From Nemertoderma westbladi (Eukaryota > Animalia > Xenacoelomorpha), in assembly GCA_032718475.1 (NCBI GenBank), contig JAUCBJ010005355.1, positions 8,333 through 72,332 of the forward strand: DNA of 64,000 nucleotides. The letters run 5' to 3'. Position 1 is the stretch's first letter. Every line of letters starts with the position of its first letter. The notes beneath the pieces were generated by a model. The model had not been told where the DNA came from. It made no database searches and saw only the letters and a program-made list of their open reading frames with translations. Positions 47,801-58,974 of this stretch are shown here, piece by piece. The position numbers and the translations under genes are program-made.

Positions 47801-50800
47801 CGGAGAAGATTGAGTGAGGTCCTCATATCTAAAATACAAGGAACCTTACGGAGTAGATTGAGTGAGGTCCACATATCTAAAATACAAGGAACCTTATGGA
47901 GTAGATGGAGTGAGGTCCACATATCTAAAATACAAGGAACCTTATGGAGTAGATGGAGTGAGGTCCACATATCTAAAATACAAGGAACCATACGGAGAAG
48001 ATTGAGTGAGGTCCTCATATCTAAAATACAAGGAACCTTATGGAGTAGATTGAGTGAGGTCCACATATCTAAAATACAAGGAACCTTATGGAGTAGATGG
48101 AGTGAGGTCCGGTCCACATATCTAAAATACAAGGAACCTTATGGAGTAGATGGAGTGAGGTCCACATATCTAAAATACAAGGAACCTTATGGAGTAGATT
48201 GAGTGAGGTCCACATATCTAAAATACAAGGAACCTTATGGAGTAGATGGAGTGAGGTCCACATATCTAAAATACAAGGAACCTTACGGAGTAGATTGAGT
48301 GAGGTCCACATATCTAAAATACAAGGAACCTTATGGAGTAGATTGAGTGAGGTCCACATATCTAAAATACAAGGAACCTTACGGAGTAGATTGAGTGAGG
48401 TCCACATATCTAAAATACATGGAACCATACGGAGTAGATTGAGTGAGGTCCACATATCTAAAATACAAGGAACCTTACGGAGTAGATTGAGTGAGGTCCA
48501 CATATCTAAAATACAAGGAACCTTACGGAGTAGATTGAGTGAGGTCCACATATCTAAAATACAAGGAACCTTACGGAGTAGATTGAGTGAGGTCCACATA
48601 TCTAAAATACAAGGAACCTTACGGAGTAGATTGAGTGAGGTCCACATATCTAAAATACAAGGAACCTTACGGAGTAGATTGAGTGAGGTCCACATATCTA
48701 AAATACAAGGAACCTTACGGAGTAGATTGAGTGAGGTCCACATATCTAAAATACAAGGAACCATACGGAGTAGATTGAGTGAGGTCCACATATCTAAAAT
48801 ACAAGGAACCTTACGGAGTAGATTGAGTGAGGTCCACATATCTAAAATACAAGGAACCTAATGGTGTAGATTGAGTGAGGTCCACATATCTAAAATACAA
48901 GGAACCTTATGGAGTAGATGGAGTGAGGTCCACATATCTAAAATACAAGGAACCATACGGAGAAGATTGAGTGAGGTCCTCATATCTAAAATACAAGGAA
49001 CCTTATGGAGTAGATTGAGTGAGGTCCACATATCTAAAATACAAGGAACCTTATGGAGTAGATGGAGTGAGGTCCACATATCTAAAATACAAGGAACCAT
49101 ACGGAGAAGATTGAGTGAGGTCCTCATATCTAAAATACAAGGAACCTTATGGAGTAGATTGAGTGAGGTCCACATATCTAAAATACAAGGAACCTTATGG
49201 AGTAGATGGAGTGAGGTCCACATATCTAAAATACAAGGAACCTTATGGAGTAGATGGAGTGAGGTCCACATATCTAAAATACAAGGAACCATACGGAGAA
49301 GATTGAGTGAGGTCCTCATATCTAAAATACAAGGAACCTTATGGAGTAGATGGAGTGAGGTCCACATATCTAAAATACAAGGAACCTTATGGAGTAGATG
49401 GAGTGAGGTCCACATATCTAATATACAAAAGGAACCTTACGGAGTAGATGGAGTGAGGTCCACATATCTAAAATACAAGGAACCTTATGGAGTAGATGGA
49501 GTGAGGTCCACATATCTAAAATACAAGGAACCTTATGGAGTAGAATATCTTTCACACTACAGCTGAGCAACAGGTATGAGGCTCTTGCTTCTGAGGCGGC
49601 AGATCACAGTGAGGGCTATACTGCCTTTACAGAAGCAGTTAAGTTAGCAGCTGCAGAAACGGTTCCTGTATTCCCTCGAAACAGGAAAAGGGCCCCCTGG
49701 ACTGACAACAAAATTCAGAAGTGCCGAAATGACCTTCATAAGGCGCAGAAAGAGTCCCGACTCAAACAGACTACAGCGGCCAAGAATGCAGTTAAGGCTG
49801 CATCTAGGTCCCTGAACAGGCAGTACTCTGTTAATCTACAGGAGCTAATAAACCAACAGGTTGATGCCATCAATGATGCTGACGACAGCAGGCAATCATC
49901 CCAGGCATGGAAATCGATCAATTTGCTTACTGGGCGGAAAAGCCAACCAACCACCAAGGTTAAGGCTGAATCACCAGCCGATCGCCTCAATGGTTGGAAA
50001 GCCCACTTTGAAAAGCTCCTCAATAATGACAGGGTATTGCCTGATAACTTTATAGAAGTAAAAGTGTCTGAGTCGTACTCCCAGATATTCCCATTGGCGA
50101 TATCTCCTTTGCAGAAGTGAAGGCTGCTGCAAAGAGCATTAAGACCAATCGTGCCAGTGGAGTAGATGGTGTTCCCCCTGAGGTCTTTAAAATACCTGAG
50201 TGTTTAAAGCTCATCTATCCCATCATAGTAGACATGTACCGAACAACAAGAGTCCCACAAGAAATGAAAACAAATAAGTTGGTGCCAGTTCCCAAGAAGG
50301 GCAACCTAACACTCTATGGTTCTTTTCGGGGAATCTCATTGATCTCGATTGCTGCAAAGCTATACAATAGGATTCTATTAAATCGCATCAGGGATCCCAT
50401 TGAGAGACTGCTCCGTGGAAATCAGAATGGGTTCCGTAAAGGTCGTGGTACCATGGAGCCCATTTTGACACTTAGAAGGATAATTGAAGAATTATCAAAA
50501 AAGAAAGACAGGCATCTGGCTGTTATCTTTGTTGACTTCTTCAAGGCCTTCGATTCAGTCTCTCGCTCACGTATGTTCAGCATACTTTCATTATATGGGA
50601 TTCCTGATGAAATTATTGCAGCAATAAGATCAGTATACGATGGTTCGACAACATTTGTGTCTACTGTTGACGGTGACACAGAACCATTTAAAGTGTTATG
50701 GGGCGTCCTCCAAGGAGACACACTTGCACCATTCTTGTTCATTATTGTGGTTGACTATGTTCTACGCATGTCCTTAGATCATCATAATGATGATGGGGTG

Positions 50801-52255
50801 ATGATAACTCCACCTACTGGCTCCAGAAGTCGAGGAAATCCTGCCAAGTACCTAACTGATCTAGACTTTGCTGATGACTTAGGAGTACTCTCAGAATCAC
50901 TAGAGGGAGCCCAACGGCTCCTCAGCTCATTAGAACATGCTGCTTCTAGTGTTGGTCTTTTTATTAACTCCAGAAAATTTTGACAGTTAACTTTGAAAGT
51001 CCTCAGCAAGTCTCTGATCGGATGAGCATAAGCTCAAAGGATGGTATGCTTGAGCATGTGGACGACTTCTGTTACCTGGGATCATGGATCCGGAAGTCAG
51101 GTGAGGACCTTCGAATACGTAAGGGAAAGGCATGGACAGCCTTGAATAGGCTTTCCAGGATTTGGAAGTCACCGAGAATTAATCGGAAACTTAAGGTCCG
51201 ACTATTTAGAGCAGCAGTAGTTCCAGTACTCCTCTACGGGAGTCCATGCTGGGCTCTAACTGCTGAGGACACCAAATCTCTGGATGGCACATTCACAAGA
51301 ATGCTACGCCGGGTTCATTGTGTCAAGTACAATGCACACATCTCCAACCAGACACTATATAACATTGGAGGTGTCTCATTGGTTCCCCCAAGCTTGACAC
51401 TAGAACAAAATCGCCTCCGCTTTGCAGGACATTGCTCTCGCCGTGAGGACCAGCCAGTGCATAATCTTGTACTTTGGCAGCCTCATGGAGTGAATAAGCA
51501 TGGTGGACAGCCCATGACTTTCTTAAGACGCATCTTAAAGGACACTGGCCTTGAAGATGCGGATGATCTAGCAAATGTCATGGGTGATAGGGAGTTGTGG
51601 CGGTGCAATTTTGTTGACAAGCCGGCACAGCATTCTTAAAAATGCAGCTGCAATGCAGCATGCCGATCCTAGTAGTAGTAGTAGTAGTATGGAGTAGATG
51701 GAGTGAGGTCCACATATCTAAAATACAAGGAACCTTATGGAGTAGATTGAGTGAGGTCCACATATCTAAAATACAAGGAACCTTATGGAGTAGATGGAGT
51801 GAGGTCCACATATCTAAAATACAAGGAACCTTATGGAGTAGATGGAATGAGGTCCACATATCTAAAATACAAGGAACCTTATGGAGTAGATGGAATGAGG
51901 TCCACATATCTAAAATACAAGGAACCTTATGGAGTAGATGGAGTGAGGTCCACATATCTAAAATACAAGGAACCTTACGGAGTAGATTGAGTGAGGTCCA
52001 CATATCTAAAATACAAGGAACCGTACGGAGTAGATTGAGTGAGGTCCACATATCTAAAATACAAGGAACCTTATGGAGTAGATGGAGTGAGGTCCACATA
52101 TCTAAAATACAAGGAACCTTATGGAGTAGATGGAATGAGGTCCACATATCTAAAATACAAGGAACCTTATGGAGTAGATGGAGTGAGGTCCACATATCTA
52201 AAATACAAGGAACCTTACGGAGTAGATTGAGTGAGGTCCACATATCTAAAACACA
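41810..52255. repeat. 48-bp satellite, ~173 copies, spanning the splice acceptor of exon 41711-41828 and interrupted by an RTE
   Basis: Unit ttgagtgaggtccacatatctaaaatacaaggaacctta(c/t)ggagtaga; the first unit overlaps the exon start. Confidence 0.98.
49545..51687 (+). mobile_element. 5'-truncated RTE-clade LINE with (TAG)6 tail and 11-bp TSD
   Basis: RT motifs FRGISL, FVDFFKAFD, GVLQGDTLAP, DFADDL, YLGS and RLRFAGHC; frameshifts near 50080 and 50980; TSD tatggagtaga at 49534-49544 and 51688-51698. Confidence 0.95.
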
Positions 52256-53166
52256 AGCTTGCTTGGCTGGTCGGGGTGGAACGTGAGAGTAGCCTCCAAC
52301 TCCAGAATCCCTCTCCACCTCGCAATCTGGCCTCCCTGGTGAGGGTTTGGGCCAGTAAGGACATCAGGAAAGGGACTCACATAATTGTTGGCTGCTCTCT
52401 CTACAGGTCAGGAGATAACTGACGCCTGTGAGTCCTATTGTGTCCAGTAGTTCCACTGGCCTCTAGTGGCCGGACCTCCGCATTACTAATGTAATCCATA
52501 GTGGGGTTGGGGGTGCTTTTTTGCTGAGTCAGCTCTCGGGGCAAATACCGCCCCCTATATGGTATGACCAGAGATATCAGATATGGGTCAGATATGTCAG
52601 ATATGGAGCCCATCACCCATACCTACTCTGAAGCCACCATGTCCCACCATTGGCTATGCAGCTCATCTGCTGGGTCATGCCTTGTACCACTGCTGCCAGA
52701 TGCAGGCCACAGTGGAGTCCAGTATACATAATAGTACTACACCATATATAGTATAGTCGAGTACACAGCCGAGTATATGGGTCCTTAACCCAGAACCAAA
52801 GGGGTCCGGGTCTCAGTTACCGGACCAGATTATGTCCTTATTAATAGGGTGTTTGCAGCCACAGGCGGCACCTCCTTTATTCTGCATGGAGGTGGCAAGT
52901 TTTCTGAATCATTGACCCAGAATACCTGACAATTTGGGAAGGAATCATTACTCCAGTTATAAAATATATCATATTCAATTTGTTCAGTTAGACGTTTAAT
53001 TACCTGAACGTCGGTATATTACTCACAACATCTGCAATTTTTATTTTTTTCGAACGGTATTTCATAGATGTTCAGAAACGTAGGAAAAAAGTACCAAATA
53101 TCAAAGTTCAATTTATATCGTGGACAGGACGTCCTCGAGATGTTAATAGTCATGGACTAGACTTAC

Positions 53167-53324
53167 TTGCTCATTAACCCCATCATCACATTGTTGACAT
53201 TCTCCTGTACTCTGATCAATAGCTTGACTTTCATCCGAACAATAACAATGACTGTGATCGTGAACTTCATCATTCTTATGGCAAACTTGGTCATCTTTAC
53301 ATTTTATATCACCACACGAACTCA
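53167..53324 (-). CDS. Host gene exon: EGF-like module plus start of the next module
   Basis: tttcag| ... |gtaagt, phase 1-0; (V)SSCGDIKCKDDQVCHKNDEVHDHSHCYCSDESQAIDQSTGECQQCDDGVNEQ. Confidence 0.9.
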
Positions 53325-56300
53325 CTGAAACGTATTGTACATTGCATTAAATTACACGAACTCACTGAGATGTATTGGAATATCTTATTAAACTACACGA
53401 ACTCACTGAAATGTATTGGAACATTGTATTGAAATACAAAATACACGAACTTACTGAAATGTATTGGAACATCTTATTAAACTACACGAACTCACTGAAA
53501 CGTATAGGAACATTGTATTAAACTACACAGACTTACTGAAACGTATTGGAACATTTTATTAAACTATACAGACTTACTGAAATCTATTGGAACATCTTAT
53601 TAAACTACACAGACTAACTGAATTGCATTGGAACATTGTTTTAAACTACACGAACTCACTGAAATGCATTGGAACATTGTATTAAACTAAACAGACTTAC
53701 TGAAATGTATTGGAACATCTTATTAAACTACACAAACTCACTGAATTGCATTGGAACATTGTTTTAAACTACACGAACTCACTGAAATGCATTGGAACAT
53801 TGTATTAAACTAAACAGACTTACTGAAATGTATTGGAACATCTTATTAAACTACACGAACTCACTGAATTGCATTGGAACATCTTATTAAACTACACGAA
53901 CTCACTGAAATGCATTGGAACATTCTATTAAACTACACAAACTCACTGAAATGCATTGGAACATTGTTTTAAACTAAACAGACTTACTGAAATGCATTGG
54001 AACATTGTATTAAACTAAACAGACTTACTGAAATGTATTGGAACATCTTATTAAACTACACGAACTCACTGAATTGCATTGGAACATTGTTTTAAACTAA
54101 ACAGACTTACTGAAATGCATTGGAACATTGTATTAAACTAAACAGACTTACTGAAATGTATTGGAACATCTTATTAAACTACACAAACTCACTGAATTGC
54201 ATTGGAACATTGTATTAAACTAAACAGACTTACTGAAATGTATTGGAACATCTTATTAAACTACACGAACTCACTGAATTGCATTGGAACATTGTATTAA
54301 ACTAAACAGACTTACTGAAATGTATTGGAACATCTTATTAAACTACACGAACTCACTGAATTGCATTGGAACATTGTATTAAACTAAACAGACTTACTGA
54401 AATGTATTGGAACATCTTATTAAACTACACGAACTCACTGAATTGCATTGGAACATTGTTTTAAACTAAACAGACTTACTGAAATGCATTGGAACATTGT
54501 ATTAAACTAAACAGACTTACTGAAATGTATTGGAACATCTTATTAAACTACACGAACTCACTGAATTGCATTGGAACATTGTTTTAAACTACACGAACTC
54601 ACTGAAATGCATTGGAACATTGTATTAAACTAAACAGACTTACTGAAATGTATTGGAACATCTTATTAAACTACACGAACTCACTGAATTGCATTGGAAC
54701 ATTGTTTTAAACTAAACAGACTTACTGAAATGCATTGGAACATTGTATTAAACTAAACAGACTTACTGAAATGTATTGGAACATCTTATTAAACTACACG
54801 AACTCACTGAATTGCATTGGAACATTGTTTTAAACTAAACAGACTTACTGAAATGCATTGGAACATTGTATTAAACTAAACAGACTTACTGAAATGTATT
54901 GGAACATCTTATTAAACTACACAAACTCACTGAATTGCATTGGAACATTGTATTAAACCACACGAACTCACTGAAATGCATTGGAACATTCTATTAAACT
55001 ACACAAACTCACTGAATTGCATTGGAACATTGTATTAAACTAAACAGACTTACTGAAATGTATTGGAACATCTTATTAAACTACACAAACTCACTGAATT
55101 GCATTGGAACATTGTTTTAAACTAAACAGACTTACTGAAATGCATTGGAACATTGTATTAAACTAAACAGACTTACTGAAATGTATTGGAACATCTTATT
55201 AAACTACACGAACTCACTGAATTGCATTGGAACATTGTTTTAAACTACACAAACTCACTGAATTGCATTGGAACATTGTATTAAACTAAACAGACTTACT
55301 GAAATGTATTGGAACATCTTATTAAACTACACGAACTCACTGAATTGCATTGGAACATTGTTTTAAACTACACAAACTCACTGAATTGCATTGGAACATT
55401 GTATTAAACTACACAAACTCACTGAAATGCATTGTAACATTGTATTAAACTACACAGACTTACTGAAACGTATTGTACATTGTATTAAACTACACAGACT
55501 TACTGAAACGTATTGGAACATTGTTTTAAACTACACAGACTTACTGAAATGTATTGGAACATTTTATTAAACTACACGAACTCACTGAAATGCATTGGAA
55601 CATTGTATTAAACTACACAAACTCACTGAAATGCATTGTAACATTGTATTAAACTACACAGACTTACTGAAACGTATTGTACATTGTATTAAACTACACA
55701 GACTTACTGAAACGTATTGTACATTGTATTAAACTACACAAACTCACTGAAACGTATTGGTACATTGTTTTAAACTACACAGACTTACTGAAATGTATTG
55801 GAATATTTTATTAAATTACACGAACTCACTGAAATGCATTGGAACATTGTATTAAACTAAACAGACTTACTGAAATGTATTGGAACATTGTTTTAAACTA
55901 CACGAACTCACTGAAATGCATTGGGACATCTTATTAAACTACACGAACTCACTGAAATGCATTGGAACATTGTATTAAACTACACAAACTCACTGAAATG
56001 CATTGGAACATTGTATTAAACTAAACAGACTTACTGAAATGTATTGGAACATTTTATTAAACCACACGAACTCACTGAAATGCATTGGAACATCTTATTA
56101 AACTACACGAACTCACTGAAATGCATTGGAACATTGTATTAAACTACACAGACTTACTGAAACGTATTGTACATTGTATTAAACTACACAGACTTACTGA
56201 AACCTATTGTACATTGTATTAAACTACACAAACTCACTGAAATGCATTGTAACATTGTATTAAACTACACAGACTTACTGAAACGTATTGTACATTGTAT

Positions 56301-57330
56301 TAAACTACACAGACTTACTGAAACCTATTGTACATTGTATTAAACTACACAAACTCACTGAAACGTATTGGAACATTGTTTTAAACTACACAGACTTACT
56401 GAAATGTATTGGAACATTTTATTAAATTACACGAACTCACTGAAATGCATTGGAACATTGTATTAAACTAAACAGACTTACTGAAATGTATTGGAACATT
56501 GTTTTAAACTACACGAACTCACTGAAATGTATTGGAACATTTTATTAAACCACACGAACTCACTGAAATGCATTGGAACATTCTATTAAACTACACAAAC
56601 TCACTGAAATGCATTGGAACATTGTATTAAACTAAACAGACTTACTGAAATGTATTGGAACATTTTATTAAACCACACGAACTCACTGAAATGCATTGGA
56701 ACATTCTATTAAACTACACAAACTCACTGAAATGCATTGGAACATTGTTTTAAACTACACAAACTCACTGAAACGTATTGGAACATTCTTTTAAACTACT
56801 CGAACTCACTGAAACGTATTGTACATTGTATTAAACTAAACAGACTCACTGAAATGCATTGGAACATCTTATTAAACTACACGAACTCACTGAAATGCAT
56901 TGGAACATTCTATTAAACTACACAAACTCGCTGAAATGTATTGGAACATCTTATTAAACTACACGAACTCACTGAAACGTATTGGGACATTTTATTAAAT
57001 TACACGAACTCGCTGAAATGTATTGGAACATTCTATTAAACTACACAAACTCACTGAAATGCATTGGAACATTGTTTTAAACTACACAAACTCACTGAAA
57101 CGTATTGGAACATTCTTTTAAACTACTCGAACTCACTGAAACGTATTGTACATTGTATTAAACTACACGAACTCGCTGAAATGTATTGGAACATCTTATT
57201 AAACTACACAGACTTACTGAAATGTATTGGAACATTGTTTTAAACTACACGAACTCACTGAAATGTATTGGAACATCTTATTAAACTACACGAACTCACT
57301 GAAACGTATTGAAACATTTTATTAAACTAC
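53314..57330. repeat. 41-bp satellite, ~98 copies, spanning the splice acceptor of exon 53167-53324
   Basis: Unit acacgaactcactgaaatgtattggaacattgtattaaact with alternating subtypes; the first unit overlaps the exon start. Confidence 0.97.
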
Positions 57331-57513
57331 TCTACTACTAATACTAGGATCGGCATGTTGCTTTGCAGCTGCATTTTTAAGAATGCTGTGCCGGCTTGTT
57401 GACAAAATTGCGCCGCCACAACTCCCTACCACCATAACATTTACTAGATCATCCTCATCTTCAAGTCCAGTATCCTTTATGATGGGTCTCAAGAAAGTCA
57501 TGGGCTGCCCACC
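57327..57513 (-). mobile_element. 5'-truncated RTE 3' end
   Basis: GGQPMTFLRPIIKDTGLEDEDDLVNVM, homologous to 51502-51687; its TAG tail abuts the 41-bp array. Confidence 0.9.
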
Positions 57514-57664
57514 TAACAAGCATTGCACTATAATTATAAAGTTACTATATTACATTAAATTGTCATGGGTTGTATATAATATTGCTATTGAGTGTAAATT
57601 AAATAACTATTTTGCTAACTTAATTGAAACTCATTTATTATTAATTCTGAATTTATTAACCTAC

Positions 57665-58324
57665 CAGTATCAGTTCCATGATTTGATAGTTCATCATAAA
57701 TAGAATCAATTTCTTCCACAGATAGATAGCAGCTGTAATACCGTGCATGGGCAATGTATCCTGGGAAGATATTACCACCGTTGACAAATCTCCCCAAAGT
57801 AAGATCACCATACATATCCACTGGACTTCTTACAGTGTTGATGGTTTCTACTTCTCTTCTAATTTGATTAAGACTTCCAACACGTCGACTATAAATAAAC
57901 TGTTGCAAATTAACCTTACTTCTTCCGATTGCAACCAGGTGCCATTCATCAAGCTGAATAGCATTATTAACTTGTTGTCCTACAACACCAGTAACCACAG
58001 GATTGTACCATAAGGATGTGATTGCGGGGTGACTCCATAAATGTGAACCTCTCTCTTGGCTGGTTCCATATTCATATATTGGTCCACTACCTCCTCCACC
58101 TCTCTTCACAAACATTACCATTGTGAATGTCTCAGAAGTTAATTGATCAGGCCCATGTGCGATCGATATATAACCATGAGCAGTACCAACAGCATGATTT
58201 TCAATTCCTCCAGGTCCAGGACCATAGCGTACAGCACCATGCACCGTCCCATGTAGGCCTCCAAGCTTATCGCTTCCTGCATCATCTTGGTTTAAGGTCC
58301 ACCACGAGTCATGACCACATTGAT
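57665..58324 (-). CDS. Host gene exon: LamG/pentraxin (concanavalin-A-like) domain
   Basis: ttttag| ... |gtaggt, 660 nt, phase 1-1; motifs WWTLN, FTMVMFVK, DEWHLVAI, LTLGR and FPGYIAHARYYSCYLSVEEIDSIY. Confidence 0.9.
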
Positions 58325-58974
58325 CTAAAATAATAATTAACTTTACTTGGTTGTTGATGCCTTGTTGAAACAACATCCTGTTAAGTTTACTCTGAATGTA
58401 ATGCACGAAAAAATAGACATTATGATTTCTGATTTGAATGAAAATATATTTTATTACATTACTATATTTTATTACATTATTATATTTTATTATGTCATAT
58501 CACTTCAAAGATAGACCTAATAATACAAAAAAGTATTACAACAAATAGATTAACTTGCAAATGGCACATTTCTGGTGGTACATCTGTCAGTGCAGAAGTA
58601 GAGCTGCCCTTGATTGAAAGCTTAGACCTTGTGGAATTTTGATCCAGCAGAACCTTTCACTTAGAAATTGATTAGAAAATAATAGGGTATTATAAATAAG
58701 TAGATGGGGCACCGAATTGTCTGGATCAGGGATTTTTTTCTAAATATGTTAGTGAAATTTATAAACAAAAATAGTGATTTCTAAATTTTTAAACCTGTTT
58801 AGAAATATTTCTAAAACTATAAATTGAACATAACAAATTTAAAATTATATATTTTACTAATAATATCACTTTATATTTACCAAATAATGGTGTCATAATA
58901 TACTAAAATTATTAATTGTTATCTTATTCTAAAAGATATTAGGTATTGTGTAAAATAATTAAAATTAAATAAAA

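Noticed and set aside
41810-49566. 1436-aa and 1393-aa repeat ORFs
   Set aside because: Translation of the 48-bp intronic satellite; the frame that matches the real exon is closed by TAG in each unit.
58555-58660. Candidate upstream exon of the host gene (GQLYFCTDRCTTRNVPFA or ERFCWIKIPQ frames)
   Set aside because: Coding-like composition, but each frame needs a weak splice site or contains a stop; cannot be fixed without transcripts.
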